DNA from: an uncultured archaeon
Lineage (GTDB): Archaea > Thermoproteota > Nitrososphaeria_A > Caldarchaeales > Wolframiiraptoraceae
DNA length: 64,000 nucleotides
Direction: 5' to 3'
Assembly: GCA_938083505.1 (NCBI GenBank)
Contig: CALKCF010000001.1
Location: 17,388 to 81,387 of the forward strand
The notes below the pieces were generated by a model. The model searched no databases, was not told the DNA's origin, and saw only the letters and a program-made list of their open reading frames with translations. Below are positions 18,486-30,049 of this stretch, in pieces. Each line of letters starts with the position of its first letter. Within the stretch, counting starts at the first letter, position 1. Both the position numbers and the translations under genes were made by a program.

Positions 18486-19444
18486 GCGGAAAGGCGGTTC
18501 TTGTCTTCTCCGAAGAAGATAACCTTGCGTTTGAGCTTCTTGCTTTGGCTAAACAGTTATCGAACCAACTAGGTTCTTGGACAGGGGCCATAATCTTAGG
18601 TGACGGGGAAGATAGGGTTGTCAAATTTACGGAGCACTGTGCTGATAAGATCTTCGTGGTCTCAGAAGTTGATCCACAAAGAAATGGACCAGATGTAATT
18701 GCTGAGGCTGTAGCGCAGGTTGTTTCAAACATGTTGCCACACATAGTGCTAATTGCGGCGACGAAAATAGGAAAGGAAGTTGCCGCCTATTTGGCGCAAA
18801 GCCTACGCACAGGATGCGCATCGGGGTGCTTAGACGTATCGCTTAGAGATTCGCAGGTTGAGGTCACTAGGTTTGTAATGGGTGGTAGATTTTTAGCAAG
18901 ACAGATTTTTGAAAGTTATCCCGCCGTAATCACAATACCGCCCCACAGATTTCAAGCAATACAATTAAAAGGTAACGGAAGCGTAGAAAATGTAAAGGTT
19001 ACAGTACAGAAAAGGATCTCTAAACTTGAGTTCCGAGCGGTTGAGAAAAGTGGTGCTGAGCTTGAGGATGCAGAGGTTGTGGTTGCTATAGGGAGGGGCC
19101 TAAAAAGAAAAGATGACTTAAAGCTGGTGGAGGAGCTTGTTAAGGTGTTAGGAGCTGAGCTTGGTTGCACGAGGCCAATATCTGGAGACTTAAAGTGGCT
19201 TCCCGAGGACAGGCATATAGGGCTTTCTGGAAAGCATGTGAGGCCTAAACTATACATTGCAGTCGGTGTGTCAGGCCAGATACAACATGTTGTAGGCATG
19301 AGGGATTCAAAAACTGTCGTATGTGTAAACACAGACCCAAACGCTCCGATGCATAAAGAAGCTGACTACAGCATAGTAGGCGATCTTTACAAAGTTTTAC
19401 CAGCCCTTACTAATATTATTAAAAGAATAAAGGAGAAGGCCTAA
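18482..19444 (+). CDS. etfA: electron transfer flavoprotein alpha subunit
   Basis: Start set at ATG 18482. The C-terminal FAD-binding signature PKLYIAVGVSGQIQHVVGM is present. Confidence 0.85.
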   Translation: MSGKAVLVFSEEDNLAFELLALAKQLSNQLGSWTGAIILGDGEDRVVKFTEHCADKIFVVSEVDPQRNGPDVIAEAVAQVVSNMLPHIVLIAATKIGKEVAAYLAQSLRTGCASGCLDVSLRDSQVEVTRFVMGGRFLARQIFESYPAVITIPPHRFQAIQLKGNGSVENVKVTVQKRISKLEFRAVEKSGAELEDAEVVVAIGRGLKRKDDLKLVEELVKVLGAELGCTRPISGDLKWLPEDRHIGLSGKHVRPKLYIAVGVSGQIQHVVGMRDSKTVVCVNTDPNAPMHKEADYSIVGDLYKVLPALTNIIKRIKEKA

Positions 19445-19452
19445 AAACCTTT

Positions 19453-21651
<2,199 letters not shown>

Positions 21652-21680
21652 CTAAAATAAAAACTAATAAATTTAAATCC

Positions 21681-23138
21681 CTAGCCTTTAATTACGCCTA
21701 TAGGAACAAACCTAGCAACTTTTGTAGCTATTCCTACAGCGTGGCTTACATCAACAACCTCATCGACGTTCTTATATGCTTCGTCGGCCTCTTCTATTAA
21801 GGTCTCCGTGCTGTCGCTCCTGACGATTATGCCTTTGCTTTCCATCTCTTTTATAATAGTTAGGCCTGTGTAACGCCTCTTCGCACCTGCCCTGCTCATT
21901 TCTCTTCCAGCCCCATGAGCCGTGCTACCGAAGCTCAGCTCCATAGCTTTTGGATTTCCTAGCAAAAGCCAGCTTGCCGTTCCCATTGAGCCAGGAATTA
22001 TCACAGGCTGCCCTATGCTCCTGTAATCACTGGGTATGAGTGGATGTCCAGCGGGGAAACTCCTCGTCGCTCCTTTTCTGTGAACATAAACGTCCTTCGT
22101 CTCACCGTTTACTTTATGCTTCTCTAGTTTCACGATGTTGTGGGCCACGTCATACACAAGCTTCATTCCAAGAGATTCTGCTGGCTGTTTGAATACCTCC
22201 TCGAAACTCTGTCTAACCCAGTGGCTAATCGCTTGCCTATTCGCGAACGCAAAGTTAACGGCGCACGCGAATGCCTTAAGGTACTGCTCAGCCTCGGGAG
22301 TGTTGGCAGGTGCGCATGCAAGCTCCCTATCTGGTAGCTTGATTCCATACTTGTGAGATGCCCTTTCCATGACCTTCAAGTAATCACTACATATTTGGTG
22401 ACCGTAACCTCTGCTACCTGTATGGACTAAAACCGTTATCTGATTCTCATGATGTATCCCAATAATCTTTGCTGCTTCGCGGTCAAATATTTTGTCAACC
22501 CTTTGTATTTCGAGAAAGTGATTGCCGCTACCGAGCGTACCTATCTGAGACTCGCCTCTACTCTTAGCAGTCGGTGAGACTTTTGAGGGATCCGCTCCTT
22601 TTAAAGCCCCCTCTTCCTCTATGTACTTTATATCCTCACCCCATCCAAGCCCATACTTTTCTATTATATAGCGCGCCCCCTCTATCGCTATCCTATCAAG
22701 GTCTGAAGCACTCACTCTGAAGTCCTTCCGCCTACTTCCAAGACCTGCGGGAATATTCCTAAAAATCGTGTCTATTAGTTCCTTTAACTTGGGCATGACT
22801 TCCTTTACGGTAAGGTTTGTTACCATAAGCCTGACGCCGCAGTTGATGTCGTATCCTACACCTCCTGGCGATATAACACCCTCCGTCGCATCCATAGCAG
22901 CCACACCTCCTATGGGGAAACCGTACCCTTCGTGCGCATCAGGAAGCACTACGCTAGCTTTGTATATGCCTGGAAGCATAGCAACGTTTGCACCCTGCTC
23001 AAGTGTTCTGTCCTGTGTCATCTTTTGGAGTAACTTCTGAGATGCGAATATCACGACCGGTACCCTCATGCCCTGTTTGAAATCCTTCTCTATGGTCCAT
23101 ACGTTTTCATCTAACTTCTTTAACGGTATATTGTTCAT
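21681..23138 (-). CDS. rtcB: RNA-splicing ligase RtcB
   Basis: 485 aa with the conserved metal-binding His/Cys network and no intein. Confidence 0.9.
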   Translation of the reverse strand: MNNIPLKKLDENVWTIEKDFKQGMRVPVVIFASQKLLQKMTQDRTLEQGANVAMLPGIYKASVVLPDAHEGYGFPIGGVAAMDATEGVISPGGVGYDINCGVRLMVTNLTVKEVMPKLKELIDTIFRNIPAGLGSRRKDFRVSASDLDRIAIEGARYIIEKYGLGWGEDIKYIEEEGALKGADPSKVSPTAKSRGESQIGTLGSGNHFLEIQRVDKIFDREAAKIIGIHHENQITVLVHTGSRGYGHQICSDYLKVMERASHKYGIKLPDRELACAPANTPEAEQYLKAFACAVNFAFANRQAISHWVRQSFEEVFKQPAESLGMKLVYDVAHNIVKLEKHKVNGETKDVYVHRKGATRSFPAGHPLIPSDYRSIGQPVIIPGSMGTASWLLLGNPKAMELSFGSTAHGAGREMSRAGAKRRYTGLTIIKEMESKGIIVRSDSTETLIEEADEAYKNVDEVVDVSHAVGIATKVARFVPIGVIKG

Positions 23139-23177
23139 GCCAAATTATAATTTAACTCTCGTATATTTAAACCATTG

Positions 23178-24215
23178 TTAATTTGTCCCACATTTTTGGA
23201 GAAGGTGTTCTGACAATATTCGCCATAACTCATCCGTAACTGTCGACTTTATGCTCTCAACGGTACCTTCAGACCTTATCACTTTTCTTCCATACTTTTT
23301 AGGTACCACTTCGCCTATAATTGCAGCTTTTATACCTGCCCTTTTAAGGGCGGAAATTATTTTTTTATAATTACCTCTAAAAGAGGCTATCAGAGTGCCT
23401 GAACTTATCAGTTTCAAAGGGTCGCACCTTAGTGTTTCACAAATTATCTTAGTCTCTCTAGCAATCGGTATGGCATTTTCATAAACAATAAACCCTGTCC
23501 CAGAAGCCTCGGACATTTCGTAAAGCCCGCCCAACAGGCCACCTTCGGTCGGATCATGCATCGCCGTGGCAAGACCCGTTGACGCTATCTTTATGGCCTC
23601 ATTCACGACGCTTATCTTCCTGTAAAACATAGAGGCCCTTTTGAGTAAACGTTTGTCTATTTTCGAGCTAAGTGCCTCTGACAAATCCGTAGCAAGTATC
23701 GCCGTTCCCTCTATGGCCGCAGTCTTCGTCATGAGTATCTTATCACCAGGTTTCGCGCCCCTCGTCATGTAGTATTTATTCCCTTCAACTATTCCTATCA
23801 TCGTTCCGATTATGATTGGTTCAGATATATGGAGTGCAACCTCGGAATGGCCCGTGATAACTGAGACGTGAAGTTCCGATGCTGCCCTATGAATCTGCTT
23901 GACTATGGACGCGAATAAGTGTTCATCGTTTTTGGGCAGTAGTATACAAGATGAAAACCAAGCAGGTTTTGCGCCACAAACTGCTACATCATTAGCATTT
24001 ATGTGAACTGACAACCACCCGAGTAATTTCCTCGAGCCGGTTATAGGATCGCACGCTATAACTAGGCGTCTCTTGGGTACATCGACGACTGCCGCATCCT
24101 CGCCATATGCTGGCCATAGAAGAACATCCTTCCTCTTCGCTCCTAACCATTTGAAGACCGTTTTTTCCAGAACTTCTTTCGGCAATTTACCGTAGGTTGT
24201 CCTCATATCGTACAT
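23178..24215 (-). CDS. AIR-synthase-related (PurM-superfamily) protein, HypE/COG2144-like
   Basis: 345 aa. The N-terminal GEDAAVV and DPITGS motifs and the C-terminal PurM_C-like domain are present. The precise subfamily is unclear. Confidence 0.55.
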   Translation of the reverse strand: MYDMRTTYGKLPKEVLEKTVFKWLGAKRKDVLLWPAYGEDAAVVDVPKRRLVIACDPITGSRKLLGWLSVHINANDVAVCGAKPAWFSSCILLPKNDEHLFASIVKQIHRAASELHVSVITGHSEVALHISEPIIIGTMIGIVEGNKYYMTRGAKPGDKILMTKTAAIEGTAILATDLSEALSSKIDKRLLKRASMFYRKISVVNEAIKIASTGLATAMHDPTEGGLLGGLYEMSEASGTGFIVYENAIPIARETKIICETLRCDPLKLISSGTLIASFRGNYKKIISALKRAGIKAAIIGEVVPKKYGRKVIRSEGTVESIKSTVTDELWRILSEHLLQKCGTN

Positions 24216-24250
24216 TCTAACATGTGCTCTGACTTTAATACATTAAAACT

Positions 24251-24919
24251 CTATAACGACCTATTGCGAAGTATGTTCTCCACTTTTGGCACATCTGCTG
24301 CAGAAGAAACTCTATATAGGATAGCAAGTTTGCTATCAAACAACCTGAGGGCATTGGTTGACACATAAAGCACATTTCTAAGCTTCTTGATAAGCTCAGG
24401 TAAATGCATCTCAGGATACTTTTTAAAAGCTTCAATGAAGGGGTCGGTTTGGTAGGATGCCAAGCTGAAGTCGACATTATTATTTAGCATTCTGGGTAAC
24501 ACAGCCGTGAATTTTTTGGAGGCTTCTAGCAAAAAGTAAGTAAATTCTAGTGTTATGCACGGCATATCGCAAGGAAGGACGAGTACACTAGAACTCGGAA
24601 TGTGCTCCAGAACCTCTCTTACCTTTTCATATTCATTCGAATACTGAGTTTTCTCCATCCTCATGAGTGAGGCAAAGTATTTTTCACATATAGGCTCGTA
24701 AGCCTCAGCCTGCGTTTCATTCTCAACCGATAAGAACAACTCTGTAACCTCGTCGGGCACACTGTCAAGGACGTACTCAATCATAGGCTTCCCAGCTATC
24801 TTTACCAACCCTTTCTTATCACCCATGTAACCTTTTCCGTTTACAATGATGACACAAGAATAACTTCTTGTCCTACCTTTAGACATGGATGCCAACCGTT
24901 CCTCTTTTTTCATTATCAT
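24251..24919 (-). CDS. mobA: MobA-like molybdenum cofactor guanylyltransferase
   Basis: The glycine-rich NTP-binding stretch IIVNGKGYMGDKKGL and the PCDMP motif are present. The start is uncertain; M12 is possible. Confidence 0.6.
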   Translation of the reverse strand: MIMKKEERLASMSKGRTRSYSCVIIVNGKGYMGDKKGLVKIAGKPMIEYVLDSVPDEVTELFLSVENETQAEAYEPICEKYFASLMRMEKTQYSNEYEKVREVLEHIPSSSVLVLPCDMPCITLEFTYFLLEASKKFTAVLPRMLNNNVDFSLASYQTDPFIEAFKKYPEMHLPELIKKLRNVLYVSTNALRLFDSKLAILYRVSSAADVPKVENILRNRSL

Positions 24920-25108
24920 AACAATATTAGTTATAATTAGTTATAGTTGTCCCTGAATATAAATGCTTTAGAAGTTTCAGCCAGCTGTATAACGATTACA
25001 ATAAAGCCTTAACGTAGAATTGTTACGTACTCGAAACGCTTAAATAAAAACGCATAATGCAATTTACTAAAGAGAGGCGGTGAACGTGAGGGATTGCCTT
25101 TTCTTCAT

Positions 25109-25141
25109 GGCTGGCTATAGCTGGTATTGCTATAGCCAGCC
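25109..25141. promoter_or_regulatory. perfect 13-bp inverted repeat GGCTGGCTATAGC-(7)-GCTATAGCCAGCC in the divergent mobA/aspartate-kinase intergenic region
   Basis: Read directly from the sequence. It lies about 60-95 nt upstream of the aspartate kinase start. Confidence 0.5.
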
Positions 25142-25202
25142 AGACGCCTCTCTCTAAAGCTATCTTCTCCTTTTTGGGTTTTTGTGGCTTTGGAGGGAGG
25201 TC

Positions 25203-26426
25203 ATGTCTATGAAAGATATAATAGTCGTAAAGCTTGGCGGCTCTGTCCTCCAAGACTCTAAGGCTCTTGAAAAGGCAGCGTCTTGGGTAAAGGATCTGCT
25301 AAAGGAACATGGACTGGTGGTGGTGGTCTCAGCACTAAAGGGTATGACCGATGAGCTTTTGAAGATGGCTAAGGAGGTTAACCCAGAGGTTCGACCCGAA
25401 GTACTCGACGAAATTTTGGCGATGGGTGAAAGGACGAGTGCTAGACTTTTCACTGCTGCGTTGAATAGGTTCGGCGTTGATGCTGTTTTGGTAGACCCAT
25501 CCAACGATTACTGGCCTGTAATAACGGACGACGTACATTTTGACGCAAACCCCATCTATCACGAAACAGAGAAAAGATGTAAGGAGAAATTATTGCCATT
25601 GATTGAGGCTGGCAAAGTCCCTGTTGTGTGCGGATACATTGGTGTTAGTACCTCGGGTAAGATAACTACGTTAGGTAGGGGTGGTAGTGATACGACGGCC
25701 ATACTGCTCGGTAGTTGTCTAAAAGCTGCGGAAGTTGTCTTAATTAAAGATGTTGAGGGTATATATTCAGGAGATCCAGATAAGGTCAGTAATGCTGAGA
25801 TACTTGAGGTACTTAACGTAGATGAGGCCAGGTTGTTGACAGAAGGAGGCGCAAAGGTCATTCATTCAAAGGCATTAAGATACCTATCAGAAGGTCTCAG
25901 GTTAAGAGTGTCCAGTATGGAAAGCTTAGGAAGATCAGGAACCGTCATAATTGGCACCCTTCCAAAACTTGATGTTGTCAAACACCCGGCTAAAGCAACC
26001 ATGATAACGATACTTTCGAGAAACTCTAATGGTGTTTCGCTCGTTAAACTTGTCGTGGAGTTTGTCCAAAAACACAACGGAGAAATCCTCAACATAACGA
26101 CTGATGAGAAATCCATCATAGTTTATACGAATTTAGATACCAATTTTATGGATAAGTTACATAAGGAGGTTGTAGAATCCGGTATGGGCAAGGCCATAAG
26201 CTTTTTCGAAAGGTTGTCTGCTATAACAATAAGCGGCAGGATGCTTGAAATAAGTCCGGGTGTAATACATAAAGTTGTAGAGCCGCTCGCACGACACGGC
26301 ATAAATATCTATGGTTTGGTGACCATAAGCTCATCTATCAGAATATTCGTGTCCGCAAAAGATGCAGATAAGGCGACATATCTTATAAAAGCAAACTTGG
26401 AGGTGGAGTTGAATGAAACAAATTAA
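25203..26426 (+). CDS. aspartate kinase
   Basis: The start is ATG 25203, preceded by GGAGGGAGG. The kinase domain (VVKLGGSVL) and C-terminal ACT domains are present. Confidence 0.85.
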   Translation: MSMKDIIVVKLGGSVLQDSKALEKAASWVKDLLKEHGLVVVVSALKGMTDELLKMAKEVNPEVRPEVLDEILAMGERTSARLFTAALNRFGVDAVLVDPSNDYWPVITDDVHFDANPIYHETEKRCKEKLLPLIEAGKVPVVCGYIGVSTSGKITTLGRGGSDTTAILLGSCLKAAEVVLIKDVEGIYSGDPDKVSNAEILEVLNVDEARLLTEGGAKVIHSKALRYLSEGLRLRVSSMESLGRSGTVIIGTLPKLDVVKHPAKATMITILSRNSNGVSLVKLVVEFVQKHNGEILNITTDEKSIIVYTNLDTNFMDKLHKEVVESGMGKAISFFERLSAITISGRMLEISPGVIHKVVEPLARHGINIYGLVTISSSIRIFVSAKDADKATYLIKANLEVELNETN

Positions 26427-27468
26427 AGTTGCGGTACTTGGAGCTACCGGAATGGTTGGTCAACGATATGTGAGCATGCTTTCGAGACATCCGTGGTTCA
26501 AGCTTTCATGTCTAACAGGGAAGGAGTCTGCCGGTAAGAAGTACGGCGAAGCAGTGAGGGGCAACCCGATCGACATCCCGTCTAGCGTAGCGGATATGGA
26601 AGTTTTACCTAATGAGCCAAAGTACGTTGACGCAGATCTAGTATTCTCTCCACTACCAACCGAAGTTGCTCGCGAATCGGAGCCACTTTTTGCGCAAGAA
26701 GGTTTTCCCGTTGTGAGCGATGCTTCTGCTCATAGGATGGAGAAGGATGTCCCACTTATCGTACCTGAGATAAACCCGGAACATATAGAGTTAATAGACG
26801 TTCAGAAAAAGAATAGAAAGTGGGATGGGTACATCGTAACCACACCAAACTGCACGACCATAGGTTTAATCATGCCCCTCAAACCACTACACGATGCTTA
26901 CGTTCTCAAGAAAGTCGTGGTCACTACGATGCAAGCGGTCTCAGGTGCGGGCTTCCCAGGAGTACCATCGCTTTCCATACTTGGGAACGTTATACCATAC
27001 ATATCCGGTGAGGAAGATAAAGTGGAAAAAGAAACGCAGAAGATACTGGGGAAGTTCAAGAGTAACCATATAGAGCCCGCTCCTATAATCATTGAGGCCA
27101 GCTGCACCAGAGTTCCTACAATAGACGGACACCTAGAATCCGTGTATATTGAGACAGAGAAACCCGTGAACATAAACGATGCAAAAAAGGTGTTAGCAGA
27201 ATTCAAAGGTCTTCCACAGGAGCAGGCTCTCCCTACAGCTCCTGATAAACCGATAATTGTCATGGAAGAGGAAGATAGGCCGCAACCAAGGCTTGACATA
27301 TATGCTGGAAGTGTTCCGGGAATGAGTGCGGTCGTTGGGAGAGTAAGGTCTGCAAAAGACGAGAGAGCTCTGAAGTTCTTTGTTCTTAGCCATAATACGA
27401 TAAGAGGTGCTGCCGGCATAGCAATACTGACAGCTGAGTTGCTACACGTATCCGGGAGGATAGAGTAA
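26413..27468 (+). CDS. asd: aspartate-semialdehyde dehydrogenase
   Basis: 351 aa with N-terminal VAVLGATGMVGQ and the active-site Cys region. It overlaps the aspartate kinase gene by 14 nt. Confidence 0.85.
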   Translation: MKQIKVAVLGATGMVGQRYVSMLSRHPWFKLSCLTGKESAGKKYGEAVRGNPIDIPSSVADMEVLPNEPKYVDADLVFSPLPTEVARESEPLFAQEGFPVVSDASAHRMEKDVPLIVPEINPEHIELIDVQKKNRKWDGYIVTTPNCTTIGLIMPLKPLHDAYVLKKVVVTTMQAVSGAGFPGVPSLSILGNVIPYISGEEDKVEKETQKILGKFKSNHIEPAPIIIEASCTRVPTIDGHLESVYIETEKPVNINDAKKVLAEFKGLPQEQALPTAPDKPIIVMEEEDRPQPRLDIYAGSVPGMSAVVGRVRSAKDERALKFFVLSHNTIRGAAGIAILTAELLHVSGRIE

Positions 27469-27470
27469 AC

Positions 27471-28268
27471 ATGGTTTTCGGAAAGCAGGTCAGGTTGAGT
27501 AGAATAACAGAAAAAGGAAAGATGCTTTGCATACCGATGGACCACGGTGTTACTATAGGGCCGGTCAAAGGCTTAGACAAGATATTTGATATAATAGAAA
27601 AGATTAGCTTTGGAGGAGCCACGGCCGTTTTGACACAAAAAGGTATACTGAGGATGATGCCCAAGCCCTTGAACGTTGGCACTATAATGCATGTCTCTGC
27701 AAGTACGTCATTAGGACCATCACCTAACTTCAAAGTGAGAGTTTCGAGTGTGGAAGAAGCCCTAAGGCTCGGAGCAGATGCTGTTTCCGTTCACGTTAAT
27801 ATAGGATGTAGTGATGAGCCGAAGATGCTGAGAAAGCTTGGAATGCTTGCTGATGAGTGCGACGAATGGCAAGTACCGTTCATAGCGATGATGTATCCGA
27901 GGGGCGAGAACATAAAGAATCCAAACGACCCTGAGATCGTAGCACATGTTGCAAGGATAGGTGCTGAGCTTGGAGCTGACATCGTAAAGACGCCCTACAC
28001 AGGCACTCTGGAGACATTTAGGAAGGTTGTGGATGGTTGCCCAGTTCCCATAGTCATAGCCGGTGGACCGAAAGCAGAGAGCGACCTAGAAGTTTTGAAG
28101 ATGGTAAGGGAAGCTATGGACGCCGGCGCTATCGGCGCAGCAATAGGCAGGAACGTTTTTCAACATGATAATCCGTTTGCGATAACCAAAGCGCTCAGGG
28201 CCATAATAATTGAGGATTACACACTCAATGAGGCGCTGGAGGTGCTTAAGGACGCATCTACCAAGTAA
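27471..28268 (+). CDS. 2-amino-3,7-dideoxy-D-threo-hept-6-ulosonate (ADH) synthase, class I aldolase DhnA-type (archaeal shikimate-pathway entry)
   Basis: 265 aa with a DhnA/class-I FBP-aldolase-like fold (Schiff-base Lys in the IVKTPYTG region). It lies between asd and DHQ synthase II. Confidence 0.7.
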   Translation: MVFGKQVRLSRITEKGKMLCIPMDHGVTIGPVKGLDKIFDIIEKISFGGATAVLTQKGILRMMPKPLNVGTIMHVSASTSLGPSPNFKVRVSSVEEALRLGADAVSVHVNIGCSDEPKMLRKLGMLADECDEWQVPFIAMMYPRGENIKNPNDPEIVAHVARIGAELGADIVKTPYTGTLETFRKVVDGCPVPIVIAGGPKAESDLEVLKMVREAMDAGAIGAAIGRNVFQHDNPFAITKALRAIIIEDYTLNEALEVLKDASTK

Positions 28269-29310
28269 AAAGGAGTTTTGCATAGATTTAAGAGACTGGA
28301 ACGACGAAATCTTTAGAGAAGCTTTCTCGAGAGGGATTACTACATATTATTGTGATCCTACCAACATTCCACAAGAGCTTAGACAAAAGCTGACGATATA
28401 CTCGGATTTGTCGACCGGAGATGTCATTGTTATACCTCTCGGTAAAGAGGTACCGCAGGTGAGAAGGTTTGCGGTGTATGCTGTCGTGCTAAATTATAGC
28501 GATGTAGAGAAGTTAATCTCCGCGGTAAAGCTTGGCGCCGAGGCTTTGATAGTTGATGCTAAAGATTGGAAGATAATACCGTTAGAAAACATAATCGCAT
28601 ACCTGCAAAAAACATCCACGAAGCTTATGGCGAAGGTCGATAGCTTAGAGGAGATCGAAACTATGTACGGCATCTTGGAGAGAGGGGTTGATGTTGTCTT
28701 GTTTAAACCAAAGAGCAAAGAGGATGTTAGCAGAATATTTGAGGCGATCAGCTACATCGTAAGTGTTCAGCTAACTTCGGTGGAAGTTACAGAAGTCAAG
28801 GATGTAGGGATGGGGGATAGGGCATGTATCGATACGATATCTATTTTATCGATAGGGGAGGGCATGCTCGTTGGAAGTAAAGCAAGTTTTCTATTCCTCA
28901 TTCACAGTGAATCGTTAGGTTCTTCGTTCACGGAACCAAGACCCTTCAGGGTAAATGCAGGTGCGATACATAGTTATGTTTTAACACCTACTGGTGGAAC
29001 TAAGTACTTATCAGAGATAAAGGCAGGTGATAGAGTCCTGATAATTAACATGCAAGGCTCGGCAAGACCCGCCACAGTCGGCAGGGTTAAGATAGAGAGG
29101 AGGCCGATGAGACTTATCAGGGCTGAGGCTAACGGTGAAGAGGGTACTGTTGTTTTGCAAAACGCTGAGACCATAAGGCTTATAGGACCAGACGGTAAGC
29201 CCGTCCCGGTAACTGAAGTTAAACCTGGTGATAAAGTGTTAGCGTACATAAGCAGAGAGAAGGCTAGGCATTTCGGAGTGGCGATTGACGAATTCATAGT
29301 GGAGAAATAA
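28210..29310 (+). CDS. 3-dehydroquinate synthase II (archaeal type)
   Basis: The region RPFRVNAGAIHSYVLTPTGGTKYLSEIKAGDRVLII is conserved in the MJ1249-type DHQS-II family. The start is uncertain (see findings). Confidence 0.75.
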   Translation: MRITHSMRRWRCLRTHLPSKKEFCIDLRDWNDEIFREAFSRGITTYYCDPTNIPQELRQKLTIYSDLSTGDVIVIPLGKEVPQVRRFAVYAVVLNYSDVEKLISAVKLGAEALIVDAKDWKIIPLENIIAYLQKTSTKLMAKVDSLEEIETMYGILERGVDVVLFKPKSKEDVSRIFEAISYIVSVQLTSVEVTEVKDVGMGDRACIDTISILSIGEGMLVGSKASFLFLIHSESLGSSFTEPRPFRVNAGAIHSYVLTPTGGTKYLSEIKAGDRVLIINMQGSARPATVGRVKIERRPMRLIRAEANGEEGTVVLQNAETIRLIGPDGKPVPVTEVKPGDKVLAYISREKARHFGVAIDEFIVEK

Positions 29311-29341
29311 TTCTCGATTATTCATTGAAACTGGTGAAACG

Positions 29342-30049
29342 ATGTTTACGAGAGCAAAACTGTTCAAATTATGTGTATCGACATTTGGAAGAGACATACA
29401 CTCTTTGAGAGATTCTGTAGTTAAGGCAATAAGCGTTGGCGCAGACCTCGTAGAGGTTAGGCTTGATTATTTAGATGAATTGAACGTTAATGTTGTAAGC
29501 TCAACGCTAAAGCCTTACATGAATAGACTCGTGTTAACGCTCAGAGCGCATTATGAGAATGGACTATTTGAAGGTGATGAAAAGGAAAGAGCAGAAATCC
29601 TCAAACAATTGGGTCGGGAAGGTCCAGCGTATGTCGATATAGAGCTTCGTTCTCCTATGTTTCAGGACTTATCAAAAGAGTTGATGAAGGCAGGTACCGC
29701 TTTAATAGTTTCATGGCATGACTTTGAGAAGACACTAGATACCGACACACTCAGAAGAATAGCCAATATGGCCATGATTGGTGGAAGTATTGCGAAAGTT
29801 GTAACTATGGCGAGATCTTTCAGCGATAACCTTAAGGTCCTCTCGCTATACCATACAGGCGATAAACACAGACTTGTAGCCTTCTGTATGGGAACAGAAG
29901 GTGTCTTATCTCGGTTTCTCTCGGTAATGTTGGGAGCACCCTTCATGTATGTCTCATTGCCTGGGGAGCCAACAGCACCCGGCCAACCCAGCATCACCGA
30001 AGCAAAGGAGATCTTCCGCATGCTTTCGTTAAGCTGTTGTGGAGAGTGA
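29342..30049 (+). CDS. aroD: 3-dehydroquinate dehydratase, type I
   Basis: 235 aa with VGADLVEVRLDYL and the Schiff-base Lys region. Confidence 0.8.
   Translation: MFTRAKLFKLCVSTFGRDIHSLRDSVVKAISVGADLVEVRLDYLDELNVNVVSSTLKPYMNRLVLTLRAHYENGLFEGDEKERAEILKQLGREGPAYVDIELRSPMFQDLSKELMKAGTALIVSWHDFEKTLDTDTLRRIANMAMIGGSIAKVVTMARSFSDNLKVLSLYHTGDKHRLVAFCMGTEGVLSRFLSVMLGAPFMYVSLPGEPTAPGQPSITEAKEIFRMLSLSCCGE

Noticed and set aside
25023-25504. Minus-strand ORFs of 76 and 114 aa across the mobA/aspartate-kinase intergenic region and the kinase 5' end
   Set aside because: They overlap the palindromic regulatory region and the well-supported aspartate kinase gene, and have no conserved features.
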